From assembly GCA_964291235.2 (NCBI GenBank), contig OZ219816.1, positions 1,152,001 through 1,216,000 of the forward strand: a stretch of 64,000 bases of DNA, in the 5' to 3' direction. Source of the stretch: Vicinamibacteria bacterium (GTDB taxonomy: Bacteria > Acidobacteriota > Vicinamibacteria > Marinacidobacterales > Marinacidobacteraceae). This document shows positions 1 to 9,421 of the stretch, in pieces. The notes under the pieces were generated by a model. It had not been told where the DNA came from, did no database searches, and was given only the letters and a program-made list of their open reading frames with translations. Each line of letters begins with the position of its first letter. Within the stretch, counting starts at the first letter, position 1. Position numbers and translations under genes: made by a program.

Positions 1-371
1 CGGCAGGGCTTCCGGGGATGCGGCTGAGCCCGGCGCGCTTCACCCCCAGGCGGGTTCGGGCGGCTCCGAACCCGCGCTTCGCCGACGAAGAAAGCCACGG
101 ACTGCGCGTCGAAATCACCGATCTCGCTGCTTTTCGGCCCGTGCGCAGCGGGCTTCAGGCGATCGATGCGGTCCGCCGTTCCCATTCGGAGGATTTTCGG
201 TGGCGGGCGAGCGGCGATGGCTACTGGCTGGACCTGCTGCTCGGGACCGATCGGGTGCGGCGGGGAATCGACGCCGGCATCCCGGTGAGCGAGCTGATGG
301 CCTCCGAGGATGCCGCTGTCGGTGAATTCCTCGAGGAGAGGCGCCGTCACCTTCTCTATCCCGACCGATGA
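1..371 (+). CDS. C-terminal part of exo-beta-N-acetylmuramidase NamZ / DUF1343 protein (5' truncated by window edge)
   Basis: FxP..GLRVEITD..FRPVRSGL..WLDLLLGTDRVR..FLEERRRHLLY resembles the DUF1343 C-terminus; frame is open at the window start. Confidence 0.75.
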   Translation, partial: AGLPGMRLSPARFTPRRVRAAPNPRFADEESHGLRVEITDLAAFRPVRSGLQAIDAVRRSHSEDFRWRASGDGYWLDLLLGTDRVRRGIDAGIPVSELMASEDAAVGEFLEERRRHLLYPDR

Positions 372-1366
372 GCGCTGAGCCGCCGGTTGCCCTGGAATCC
401 TCCGGGACCGGTTTGCCGGACCCCGGACGGCCTGAAGAGGGGGCTGAGGGCCGGGCCGGGGTCCGCGGGCGGCCGCGGCTGCTGCTTCCGGCGGCGCTGT
501 TCCTCGCCACGGTCGCGACCACCTTGTGGGTCGGAGGAGCGCTCGGAATTGCCGCCGAGTCACCGGAACTCTTCCGGGATCCCGGCGGCACTCGTTCCGG
601 CCTTCAGTGGACGCTGCTGTGGATTCGGCACGGAATCCCGTATTCCTTTTCGCTGCTGCTGATCCTGCTCTGCCACGAGTTCGGGCACTACCTGACGGCG
701 CGCCACTACCGGGTGGATGCGAGTCTGCCCTACTTCCTCCCGATGCCGTTCACGATGGTGGGGACGCTCGGCGCTTTCATTCGGATTCGCGCCCCTTTTC
801 CGAACCGGCGGGCGCTCATCGACGTCGGCCTCGCCGGGCCGATCGCCGGGTTCCTGGTGTGTCTCCCGTTCCTGGCGGCGGGGGTCGCCGCCTCGCGGCC
901 CGGGCCTATGGTTGCCGGCGGGCTGCAGTTCGGAGAACCGATCCTCTTTCGGCTGTTCGCGTCGGCCTTTGGCCCCACGGTTCCCGACGGAGAGGTGCTG
1001 TATCTGAGCCCCATGGGGCTGGCCGCCTGGTTCGGACTGTTGGTCACGGCCATCAATTTGCTGCCGATGGGCCAACTCGACGGCGGCCACGCGCTCTACG
1101 CCGTGCTCCGGGGGCGGGCCGCCCGGTTTTCGCGGGCGGTGCACCTGCTCATGTTCGCACTGGCGGTGTGGTCGCCCACCTGGCTGGTGTGGGGACTGCT
1201 GTGTCTGTTGCTCGGCGCCCGCCGGCCGCATCCGCCGACCCTTGACGACCGAGCTCCGCTGGGCAGGAGCCGCCACCTGCTGGCTGCGGCCGGGGTCGCT
1301 ACCTTCGTCCTTTGCTTTACGCCGCAACCCATCGTCATGGATTGGGGAATGCTCTTCGGCTCCTGA
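368..1366 (+). CDS. Site-2 protease family (M50) membrane metalloprotease
   Basis: HEFGH, AGPIAG and NLLPMGQLDGGH motifs; multiple TM segments; ATGA overlap with upstream gene. Confidence 0.92.
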   Translation: MSAEPPVALESSGTGLPDPGRPEEGAEGRAGVRGRPRLLLPAALFLATVATTLWVGGALGIAAESPELFRDPGGTRSGLQWTLLWIRHGIPYSFSLLLILLCHEFGHYLTARHYRVDASLPYFLPMPFTMVGTLGAFIRIRAPFPNRRALIDVGLAGPIAGFLVCLPFLAAGVAASRPGPMVAGGLQFGEPILFRLFASAFGPTVPDGEVLYLSPMGLAAWFGLLVTAINLLPMGQLDGGHALYAVLRGRAARFSRAVHLLMFALAVWSPTWLVWGLLCLLLGARRPHPPTLDDRAPLGRSRHLLAAAGVATFVLCFTPQPIVMDWGMLFGS

Positions 1367-1432
1367 GCGGCCCGAGGCGGCGGGCGGGCGGGACCCGGGC
1401 AGGGGGTTCCGGGCAACCCCCGGGCCTGCGCG

Positions 1433-1461
1433 TTGACAGGGGCCGTCCGGGGCTCTACCGT
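1433..1461 (+). promoter_or_regulatory. sigma70-type promoter of the leu operon
   Basis: TTGACA (1433-1438), 17-nt spacer, TACCGT (1456-1461), about 100 nt upstream of the leuA ATG. Confidence 0.65.
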
Positions 1462-1476
1462 TGGGATGACGGCATG

Positions 1477-1503
1477 CCCCGGCGACCGTAACGGTCGCCG
1501 GGG
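1477..1503 (+). promoter_or_regulatory. Perfect 12-bp hairpin in the leuA leader
   Basis: CCCCGGCGACCG-TAA-CGGTCGCCGGGG followed by TCATTCTTCATTC. Confidence 0.5.
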
Positions 1504-1561
1504 TCATTCTTCATTCGGGCCGAATGCAACCGGGTTCGGCTCTTTCGGGGGACAACCCAAC

Positions 1562-2767
1562 ATGAAATCCACCCCTGCATCGGACCGCGTCCTGGTATTC
1601 GATACGACGCTCCGGGACGGCGAACAGTCACCGGGCTGCAGCATGGGTCTCGAAGGAAAGCTTCGGATGGCCCGGCAGCTCGCGCGACTTAGGGTGGACA
1701 TTCTGGAAGCGGGTTTCCCGGCGGTTTCCGAGGGGGACCGGGAAGCGGTGCAGGCGATCGCGCGCGAGGTTGAGGGGCCCCGGATTGCGGCGCTTGCCCG
1801 CTGCGTCCCGGGCGACATCGATGCGGCCTGGGACTCCCTCCGCGACGCCCCGAGGGCTCGGCTTCACGTCTTTCTGGCCACCAGCGCCCTCCACCGTGAG
1901 TTCAAGCTCCGGATGGCGAAACGGGAGATCGTGCGGCGGACCGCGGAGTCGGTGGCGGCGGCTCGCGAACGGACCGAGGATGTGGAGTTCTCCCCGGAGG
2001 ATGGTTCCAGGACGGAACCCGATTTCCTGGCGGAGGTCGTGGAGACGGCGATCGACGCGGGTGCATCCACGGTGAACATCCCGGATACCGTCGGCTACAC
2101 GATGCCGGCCGAGTTCAGCGCGCTGATCGGCCACCTTCGCCGGACGGTGCCGAACATCGACAAGGCCGTGATCAGCGTCCACTGCCATAACGATCTGGGC
2201 ATGGCGGTGGCGAACAGCCTCGCCGCGGTGGAGGCGGGCGCCCGGCAGGTCGAATGCACGGTGAACGGCATCGGGGAGCGCGCGGGGAACGCCTCGCTCG
2301 AGGAAATCGTGATGAGCCTTCGGACCCGGCGCGATCTCTATCCGGTGGACACCGGGATCGACACCCGCGAGATCTACCCTTCCAGCACCGTGCTGTGCGA
2401 GATCACCGGTATGGTCGTGCAGCGGAACAAGGCGATCGTGGGGCAGAACGCGTTCGCCCACGAGGCCGGCATCCATCAGCACGGAGTGCTGCGGAACCGC
2501 GCCACCTACGAAATCATGCATCCGCACGATGTCGGCGTGCCCGGCAATGTCCTGGTGCTCGGCAAGCACAGCGGCCGGCACGCTCTCAGGGCCCGTCTCG
2601 GCCAACTGGGCTTTCAGCCCGCGGAAAACGAGATGGACGGCATCTTCCGCGATTTCAAGAGGCTCGCCGATCGGATCCGGGAAGTGGACGATGCGGACCT
2701 CACCGCCCTGATGGGACAGCGATCGGTGGGCCGGTCGGAGGGTGTGGAGGCCGTCTCCTCTCCCTGA
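1562..2767 (+). CDS. leuA: 2-isopropylmalate synthase, short form (401 aa, no C-terminal regulatory domain)
   Basis: DTTLRDGEQSPG, PDTVG, HCHNDLGMAVAN, NGIGERAGN and LGKHSGR motifs. Confidence 0.9.
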   Translation: MKSTPASDRVLVFDTTLRDGEQSPGCSMGLEGKLRMARQLARLRVDILEAGFPAVSEGDREAVQAIAREVEGPRIAALARCVPGDIDAAWDSLRDAPRARLHVFLATSALHREFKLRMAKREIVRRTAESVAAARERTEDVEFSPEDGSRTEPDFLAEVVETAIDAGASTVNIPDTVGYTMPAEFSALIGHLRRTVPNIDKAVISVHCHNDLGMAVANSLAAVEAGARQVECTVNGIGERAGNASLEEIVMSLRTRRDLYPVDTGIDTREIYPSSTVLCEITGMVVQRNKAIVGQNAFAHEAGIHQHGVLRNRATYEIMHPHDVGVPGNVLVLGKHSGRHALRARLGQLGFQPAENEMDGIFRDFKRLADRIREVDDADLTALMGQRSVGRSEGVEAVSSP

Positions 2768-2883
2768 CCAGCCTGCCTGACACGTTTCCCGGACAAGTTT
2801 CCACCGGTGCGAGGCCGATCCCGGCGAATCCGGAGGGCCGATTCCGGCACCGTACGCGCGCCGTCGTATAGGCTCCGCGCCCC

Positions 2884-3426
2884 TTGCCCGAGAAAAAGAC
2901 TCCCAGCCCCCGCGCCTCGCTCGAAAAACGGCCGTTCAAGGTGCTGTCACGGGTTGCGGAACTTGAGGACTCCGGCGATTTGCCGGCACTATTGGGCCCG
3001 TTGGTGGCGAAGCGGCATCCGTTCGCCGCCTACCGAAAGGCCGCCCGTGAGCTCGTCGCCGAGCGCGCCGAGGCGCGCGCGAAGCGCCTTGGCGAACCAA
3101 GTCTCTCCGCGGGGGAGCAGGAGCAACTCAGGCGAGCGGGGAGTCGGCTCCTCGGTCTTTCCGACGGGAGTTCGCCGCTTGTCGGTTTCTCGGACGAGGC
3201 GCTCGAAGCGGTGCGCACCGAGCGCGATCCGGAGCGGCTCGCGGTCCGTCTGGGCGAACTCGACCCGGCCGGCGAGTGGGAAGGAGTTCCCCGGATGGGA
3301 TTGTTGACGGGGTTGGTCCTGGTCGCGGTGTCCTCCGAATCGGAGCGCCGCTGGCGATTGAAGGAAGAGGACAATCGCAAGCGCACGCGGCGCGGCCGCG
3401 GAACCGAAGAAGAGATACGGCGATGA
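2884..3426 (+). CDS. Hypothetical helical protein (180 aa)
   Basis: Fills the leuA-leuC gap; stop overlaps leuC start (ATGA); no recognised motif. Confidence 0.55.
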   Translation: MPEKKTPSPRASLEKRPFKVLSRVAELEDSGDLPALLGPLVAKRHPFAAYRKAARELVAERAEARAKRLGEPSLSAGEQEQLRRAGSRLLGLSDGSSPLVGFSDEALEAVRTERDPERLAVRLGELDPAGEWEGVPRMGLLTGLVLVAVSSESERRWRLKEEDNRKRTRRGRGTEEEIRR

Positions 3427-4823
3427 ACGCGCCCCGCACCCTGTTCGACAAGATCTGGGACGCCCACGAGGCCGTTCCGGCCGGTCCGGACCATCCGGCG
3501 GTGATCTACGTGGATACCCACCTGATCCATGAGGTGACATCCCCGCAGGCTTTCGGACTGCTTCGGGAGCGCGGGCTACGGGTGCGGCGGCCGGACAGGA
3601 CCTGGGCGACGGTGGATCACTCGATCCCCACCCGGTTTGTCGGCGGGCAACCCGCATTCCTGAATCGGGCCACCCGCAATCAGGTTGCCACCCTCGAGGA
3701 AAACTGCGAGGAACACGGGATTCCCCTGTTCCGGATGGGTGATCCTGGACAGGGGATCGTCCACGTAATCGGTCCTGAACTCGGACTCACCCAGCCGGGA
3801 CGAACCATCGTCTGCGGCGACAGCCACACGAGCACCCACGGAGCGTTCGGAGCCTGGGCATTCGGGATCGGCACCACCGAGGTGGCCCAGGTTCTCGCAA
3901 CCCAGTGCCTGCTTCAGGAGCGGCCCCGAACGCTGAGCATTGAGGTTTCGGGACGGCTTGGGCCCGGAGTCTCGGCAAAGGACCTGATCCTCGGGGTCAT
4001 CCGGAAGTTCGGGGTGGCCGCCGGCCGGGGACACGTCATCGAGTACCGGGGCAGCGCCGTGCGGGCACTCGACATGGAAGCGCGGATGACGCTTTGCAAC
4101 ATGTCCATCGAAGCGGGAGCGCGCGCCGGCTTGATCGCGCCGGACGAGACGACCTTCGCGTATCTCGAGGGAAAGGAACACGTCCCGTCCGGAGCCGGTT
4201 TCCACAACCTGGTGGAACAGTGGCGCCGGCTGCCTTCCGACGACGGGGCTTCGTTCGACAGATCTCTCTCCTTCGACGCCGGCTCCCTGGAACCCATGGT
4301 GACCTGGGGCACAAACCCGGGGATGTCTTGCGGTATCTCGGAAGCGGTTCCGGCGCCGGTGGATGCCGAGCAACGCGCGGCGCTCGACTACATGGGGATC
4401 GAGGCGGGGCGCCCCCTTCTCGGCCGCCCCGCCGACGTCGTCTTCATCGGGAGCTGCACGAACGCCCGGATCTCCGATCTGCGGGCGGCAGCCCGGGTGC
4501 TGGCGGGACGTCGAACGAGTTCCCGCACCCGGCTCCTGGTGGTTCCGGGATCGGCGGCCGTCCGCCGCCAGGCCGAAGCCGAGGGGCTCGACGAGGTGTT
4601 CCGGAGCGCCGGAGCCGAATGGCGGGCGCCGGGGTGTTCCATGTGCATCGCGATGAACGGCGACCGTCTGGCTCCTCAGGAACTGGCGGTCTCGACGTCG
4701 AACCGCAATTTCCAGGGTCGGCAGGGGCCCGGCGGCCGGACGGTCCTGGCGTCGCCGGTGACGGCGGCGGCCTCGGCACTGGTCGGGGCAGTGGCCGACC
4801 CGAGACCCCTCCTCTCCGAGTAG
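3423..4823 (+). CDS. leuC: 3-isopropylmalate dehydratase large subunit
   Basis: [41 protein letters not shown] and [12 protein letters not shown] motifs. Confidence 0.97.
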   Translation: MNAPRTLFDKIWDAHEAVPAGPDHPAVIYVDTHLIHEVTSPQAFGLLRERGLRVRRPDRTWATVDHSIPTRFVGGQPAFLNRATRNQVATLEENCEEHGIPLFRMGDPGQGIVHVIGPELGLTQPGRTIVCGDSHTSTHGAFGAWAFGIGTTEVAQVLATQCLLQERPRTLSIEVSGRLGPGVSAKDLILGVIRKFGVAAGRGHVIEYRGSAVRALDMEARMTLCNMSIEAGARAGLIAPDETTFAYLEGKEHVPSGAGFHNLVEQWRRLPSDDGASFDRSLSFDAGSLEPMVTWGTNPGMSCGISEAVPAPVDAEQRAALDYMGIEAGRPLLGRPADVVFIGSCTNARISDLRAAARVLAGRRTSSRTRLLVVPGSAAVRRQAEAEGLDEVFRSAGAEWRAPGCSMCIAMNGDRLAPQELAVSTSNRNFQGRQGPGGRTVLASPVTAAASALVGAVADPRPLLSE

Positions 4824-4835
4824 CAGGAGTCCCAG

Positions 4836-5450
4836 ATGGAACCCGTGATTCGAATCGCGTCGCGCACCGTGGTGCTCGCCGCCGACAACGTGGACACCGA
4901 TCAGATCATTCCGGCCCGGTTCTTGACCGGTACGCGTCGGGACGGGCTGGGAACGGCGCTGTTCGCCGATTGGCGACACGACGCCGGGGGGGAGCTGCGG
5001 GCGGATTTTCCGCTCAACCGCCCGGAGGCCACCGGCGCGCGCATCCTGGTAGCCGGCGCCAACTTCGGCTGCGGTTCGTCGCGCGAACACGCGCCGTGGG
5101 CGCTGACCGACTATGGGTTCCGGGCCGTGGTGAGTCCCTCGATCGCAGACATCTTCAAGGGAAACGCCGTCCGGAACGGTCTCGTGCCCGTCGAATTGGA
5201 ACCGGCCGCGCACCAGGCGCTGCTGACCCGTCCGGGCGCAGAGATCGTGATTGACGTGAAAGCGGGCACCGTCACGCTCCCGGAGGGAGATACGGCGCAC
5301 TTCGATCTTCCTCCTTTCGCCCGCCGCTGCCTCCTCAGCGGACGGGGGCCGCTGGATTTCCTGTTGGAACAGGAGCCGGCCATTTCCCGCTACGAGGAGG
5401 GAGGCGGGGCGGCCGGCACGAACGCCCCACCGGGCGCTCCCCGCCGGTAG
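4836..5450 (+). CDS. leuD: 3-isopropylmalate dehydratase small subunit
   Basis: NVDTDQIIPARFL, NFGCGSSREHAPWAL; AGGAG RBS. Confidence 0.97.
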   Translation: MEPVIRIASRTVVLAADNVDTDQIIPARFLTGTRRDGLGTALFADWRHDAGGELRADFPLNRPEATGARILVAGANFGCGSSREHAPWALTDYGFRAVVSPSIADIFKGNAVRNGLVPVELEPAAHQALLTRPGAEIVIDVKAGTVTLPEGDTAHFDLPPFARRCLLSGRGPLDFLLEQEPAISRYEEGGGAAGTNAPPGAPRR

Positions 5451-6055
5451 TGCACGAGTTCCGGCGCTGCGGTTGGGCGGCGGGCAGGTTCCCGGCTTAT
5501 GTGCGCTATCACGATGAGGAGTGGGGCGTTCCGGTCCGTGACGACCAGCGGCAGTTCGAATTCCTGCTGCTCGAGTCCGCTCAGGCGGGGCTCAGTTGGG
5601 CCACCATTCTGAAACGACGCGACGGATACCGGCGGGCGTTCGCGGAGTTCGATCCGGGGCGGGTTGCCCGTTTTCGGAAACCGCGCGTCGAGCGGCTGCT
5701 TCAGAACCCGGCCATCATCCGGAATCGCGCCAAGGTCGAGGCCGCGGTGAACAACGCGAAGCGGTTCCTGGATGTCCAACGGGAGTTCGGAACCTTCAGC
5801 GACTACATCTGGGGGTTCGTGGACGGAGCGCCGCGGGTCAACTGCTGGGAGCGGGACGACGAAGTGCCGGCGACCTCGGAGGAATCCACGGCACTCGCGC
5901 GAGACATGAAAGCGCGGGGGTTCCGGTTCGTCGGGAGCACGGTCCTCTATGCGCACATGCAGGCGACCGGGCTGGTGAACGACCATCTGGTGTCGTGCTT
6001 TCGCTATGCGGAACTGCGAGGAGATCCGCCACCGGAGCACCGGCCTTCGGGATGA
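5450..6055 (+). CDS. tag: DNA-3-methyladenine glycosylase I
   Basis: RCGW, YHDEEWG, LESAQAGLSW, IIRNRAKV, FVGSTVLYAHMQATGLVNDH..C. Confidence 0.95.
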   Translation: MHEFRRCGWAAGRFPAYVRYHDEEWGVPVRDDQRQFEFLLLESAQAGLSWATILKRRDGYRRAFAEFDPGRVARFRKPRVERLLQNPAIIRNRAKVEAAVNNAKRFLDVQREFGTFSDYIWGFVDGAPRVNCWERDDEVPATSEESTALARDMKARGFRFVGSTVLYAHMQATGLVNDHLVSCFRYAELRGDPPPEHRPSG

Positions 6056-6137
6056 TGCGGTGATTCCGGCTGGCGGGGGCGTGAAAGGGGGGCCTGGAGC
6101 GCGGGATTGGGCGCCCGCCACAGCGAGTGGGCGGCGG

Positions 6138-7517
6138 ATGGCCGGGAAGCAGCGGTTTTCTCCGGTGGCTCGATTGCTGGCCGCGATGCTCTTGTCCGGC
6201 GCCGCCTGTGGCGGCGGAGAGGATTCCGCCAACCCGCAGGCGCCCACCACGCCGCGCCCCTCCGAGCGGGAGTTGACCGGATTGGAAACGGTTGCCGAGC
6301 GGACGACGATCCGTGTCGGCGAGCGGTCCGACCTCCTGATGGTCTATGGGCGGTATGACGATGGGACGACCGGCACCGTGGCCGCGAGTTGGGCTTCCTC
6401 CGACACCGCGGTGGTGGAAGTAGCCGACGGGGGCGAGCTGATCGGAGTGGGGGCCGGGGTGGCCGGAGTCACCGCCACCTTCGACAACTTCAGCCACTCG
6501 CTCGATATTGAGGTGCGAGAGCCCAACCCCCGGAGCCTCCGGGACGATCCGGATGACATCCCCGGCCCGCAAATCCACGTCGTGTATGCCGTGCCGAGCG
6601 ATGCCGAGGACGGGAACCTGGACCGCTACGGCGGCATCGCCCGGTCCTTCCAGGCGATCCAGCACTGGCTGACCGCAAGAATCGGGTATCGCCTCCGACT
6701 GGACACCCACGGCGGCGCCCTGGACGTGACGTTCGTCGGCCTGTCTTTCACCAGCGAGGAGGGCGCCGGAAAGGGAGACGCGCTGATCGGCGACCTCGAA
6801 CGGGCCGTCACGGATACGCTGGGGCTCGCGCAGGACAACCTGCCGGACAAGCTGTATGCCGTCTACTACGCCGGGCAGTCTGCGGGCGTCTGCGGCAGCG
6901 CCCAGCCCGGCGGGCAGATGGCCGCCGTCTATGTCCACGCGGAAGGGTGTAGCGCCGTAGCCGTGGGAGGCGACCCGGAGACCCTGTCCACCTATGAGGC
7001 GGCCATGCTCCACCAGTTGCTGCACGCCTTTGGAGCTGTTCCCCCGTGCGCCCCCGGCCGGGTCGATGGGCCGCACGTCGGGGACTCGCCCGAGGACCTC
7101 CTGTACTCGGGGATCGAGAGCGCGCTTCGCAGTGAGGAGTTGACTATCGACTTCGGGCGCGACGACTACTTCGGGCACGAAAACACCGAGTGTCTCGACA
7201 TCTCCTCGGGGCGCTTCTGGGAACCGGTCGATTCTCGGGCGCCGTTCACCCCCGACGACGAGCTCCCGCGAGCACGTATTCCGTTCGAAGACTGGCCGCT
7301 TCGGTGCGGCCTCCACGAGACACCGCCCGAGCCGCCGACTCCGCCCCCCACACCCGAAGAGCCGGTGGTAAAACCCCCGCGGCCCAGTTCTCTCGGTGGG
7401 GACTCGAGCGGCGCTCGATCCCGTCTGGCCCCCACCGGGAGGACTGGCCGCCCCTCACCGGGAGAACTGGGCCTCGCCACCCTCGGCGCTCAGGTGGGTT
7501 TCACCACCGGCTGCTAA
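6138..7517 (+). CDS. Lipoprotein with Ig-like (Big_2-type) domain and zincin-like domain (HQLLH); C-terminus runs through a repeat element
   Basis: Lipobox-like LLSGAAC; WASSDTAVVEV Ig signature; HQLLHAFGAV..HVGDSPEDLLY. Confidence 0.7.
   Translation: MAGKQRFSPVARLLAAMLLSGAACGGGEDSANPQAPTTPRPSERELTGLETVAERTTIRVGERSDLLMVYGRYDDGTTGTVAASWASSDTAVVEVADGGELIGVGAGVAGVTATFDNFSHSLDIEVREPNPRSLRDDPDDIPGPQIHVVYAVPSDAEDGNLDRYGGIARSFQAIQHWLTARIGYRLRLDTHGGALDVTFVGLSFTSEEGAGKGDALIGDLERAVTDTLGLAQDNLPDKLYAVYYAGQSAGVCGSAQPGGQMAAVYVHAEGCSAVAVGGDPETLSTYEAAMLHQLLHAFGAVPPCAPGRVDGPHVGDSPEDLLYSGIESALRSEELTIDFGRDDYFGHENTECLDISSGRFWEPVDSRAPFTPDDELPRARIPFEDWPLRCGLHETPPEPPTPPPTPEEPVVKPPRPSSLGGDSSGARSRLAPTGRTGRPSPGELGLATLGAQVGFTTGC
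7359..7513. mobile_element. MITE-like inverted-repeat element, copy A (lacks the core; lies inside the 3' end of a CDS)
   Basis: Ends AGCCGGTGGTAAAACCCCCG / GTTTCACCACCGGCTG+CTAA match copies B-D; internal CCCACCGGGAGAACTGGGCC units in both orientations. Confidence 0.65.
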
Positions 7518-7622
7518 GCGCGCCTGATTGAGAGGTCGCTGGCCTCCCGGCGGCGTCGCCCGGCCTGACGCTCTCCGTGTTGGTCCGGACGGATTGCCCG
7601 GCCTCCGGAGGTGCACTCCACG

Positions 7623-7677
7623 TCGAGTTTTCCACAGTGGCCCCGGAAACGGGAATTTCGGGAGGCGTTTTCCGTCT
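7623..7677 (+). promoter_or_regulatory. Putative pil-operon promoter (DnaA-box-like TTTTCCACA plus ECF-like GGGA-N19-GTCT)
   Basis: TCGAGTTTTCCACA..CGGGAAT..TTTCCGTCT; same motifs with identical spacing at 25414-25468. Confidence 0.6.
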
Positions 7678-7685
7678 GAGGAAGA

Positions 7686-8804
7686 GTGCGCCGTTTTACC
7701 CGCTGGAGACGCCCGCCGCACGGGCTAGGGGTGGACTTCGGGTATTCGGGGGTGAAGGCGGTGGCTCTCGCCGCGGATGGCGAAGATCTGACGCTTGTCG
7801 GAGCAGGACGGGAGCGTCTCGACCCGGGGGTCGTTCGGGATGGTGCGGTGCAAGACGCGGAGGCTGTCGGTTCGGCGCTCGGGCGACTGCTGACGCGGTT
7901 GCGTATCCGCGGACGGCTGGCGGCGCTGGCTCTTGGCGGGAGTTCGGTGTTCATCAAGCGATTCCCGGCGCCGCCCGACCGCGCCGTTGCCGGCGCGCCG
8001 GAAGACTTCCGGGACGCCGTGGCCCGGGAAGCGGCCCGCCACCTCCCGCTCCATCTCGAATCTCTCGAGTTCGACTACGAGCGTCCGCTGCCGCCGCCAC
8101 GGGAGCCGGGCGCCAGCCAGCCCGGGGCGATTGTGTTCGGAGCGGCGCCGCGCGAGGTGGTTCAAAACCACTGTGGCGGCGTCCGCGCGGCGGGGAGGGA
8201 AGTGAGCGGTATCGACCTGGAGCCCTATGCACTTTTCGCCGCGGCGCGTCTGATCGCGTCCCGGGCCGCGCCGGATCCCCCGTCCGGAGGCCTGGTAATC
8301 GCGGAGATCGGCGCCTCCCGGGCCGGGGTTCATGTCTTCGGTCGCTGGCCGAGGCCCCGTCCCCGGGCTGGAACCGGCGGCCCGGCGGCGAGCCGCGATC
8401 TGAATGCGGGGGCCGAACCCGACCTTCGGGTAAGCGTTCCGGCGACCGAGGGAACAGCGTTCGCCTCGGATCGCCTTCAGGCGACTGAAGATGTCCGATT
8501 CGGGCCCGCCGGGCAGGGGGAGGATGCGGAGGTTCTCGGGAACCGGATCGCGGCGACGATCCGGGAAGCGCTTCGGGAGGCGGAGCTGCCAGGTCCGGCC
8601 CGACTGTGCCTGAGCGGTGGAGGCGCCAGCGATCCGGTTCTCCTGCGGGGGTTTCGGGAGCTGGATCTCGGGGAACCCCTTGTTCTCGATCCGCTCGCAT
8701 CCATCGGCGGCGGCCAGGGAGGACCGGCGTTCGCGGTGGCCGCCGGTCTCGCCTACCAGGCGGCGTTGGATCTCCAGGCGCCCGAAACGGGTCGCCGTTC
8801 ATGA
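7686..8804 (+). CDS. pilM: Type IV pilus assembly protein PilM (divergent)
   Basis: LGVDFGYSGVKAV actin-like start; GGSSVFIKR, FDY, IAEIGAS and LSGGGAS; first gene of an MNOPQ-ordered operon. Confidence 0.8.
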   Translation: MRRFTRWRRPPHGLGVDFGYSGVKAVALAADGEDLTLVGAGRERLDPGVVRDGAVQDAEAVGSALGRLLTRLRIRGRLAALALGGSSVFIKRFPAPPDRAVAGAPEDFRDAVAREAARHLPLHLESLEFDYERPLPPPREPGASQPGAIVFGAAPREVVQNHCGGVRAAGREVSGIDLEPYALFAAARLIASRAAPDPPSGGLVIAEIGASRAGVHVFGRWPRPRPRAGTGGPAASRDLNAGAEPDLRVSVPATEGTAFASDRLQATEDVRFGPAGQGEDAEVLGNRIAATIREALREAELPGPARLCLSGGGASDPVLLRGFRELDLGEPLVLDPLASIGGGQGGPAFAVAAGLAYQAALDLQAPETGRRS

Positions 8805-9421
8805 ACCTTCTTCCGGCGGGCGGCCCCGAGCGCCGCCGCTCGGGTCGCACCGGGAGGCGGCCGTCACGCGCCCGGAATCTTGCGGGTGGATTCTTGTTCG
8901 GACTCGCCGTGGTGGCGGTGGCGGTGGACGTTCGCCTCCTCCGGGGACGCCTTGAGGGCGCCCGTTCCGAACGCGAGCAGCTCCGAGGCCGGATCGCCGC
9001 GCAGGCGGGCGAAGAAGAGAGGTTGCGGGCCGAGCGGGAACATCTCGCGGAACTGCGGGAGGTCGAGGCGCGGCTGGCCCGCTGGGACGAGGAACGGTTT
9101 CTTGTCCCGGGACTCCTTCGGGAAATTTCGCTCGCGGTTCCGGACGAGGTCGTGCTGGAAGAGGTGCGGCGGGACGGCCCGGATCTCCGGATCACCGGGA
9201 GGGGGGACTCGGCAGCCGAAGTAGCCCGGGCTCTTGAGGCACTCTCGCAGATGGAGCGGGTGAGGGATCTCGAACTCCTCTGGGTCGAGCAGTCGGACCC
9301 CGTGGCCGAGGGGGGACAGCAGCGGTTCGCCTTGGCCGGGGCCCTTCGCTACGCGTCCCGGGAGCCGTCGCCCTTCGAGCGGGTGGAGCCGGCCCGTGGG
9401 AACGGAGGAGCACCGCGTTGA
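8801..9421 (+). CDS. pilN: PilN family protein
   Basis: N-terminal NLLP PilM-binding motif, TM helix, coiled coil, VPDEVVL..LRITG. Confidence 0.8.
   Translation: MNLLPAGGPERRRSGRTGRRPSRARNLAGGFLFGLAVVAVAVDVRLLRGRLEGARSEREQLRGRIAAQAGEEERLRAEREHLAELREVEARLARWDEERFLVPGLLREISLAVPDEVVLEEVRRDGPDLRITGRGDSAAEVARALEALSQMERVRDLELLWVEQSDPVAEGGQQRFALAGALRYASREPSPFERVEPARGNGGAPR

Noticed and set aside
1402-1421. GGGGGTT-CCGGGC-AACCCCC hairpin as a terminator of the site-2 protease gene
   Set aside because: No U-tract; cannot be supported
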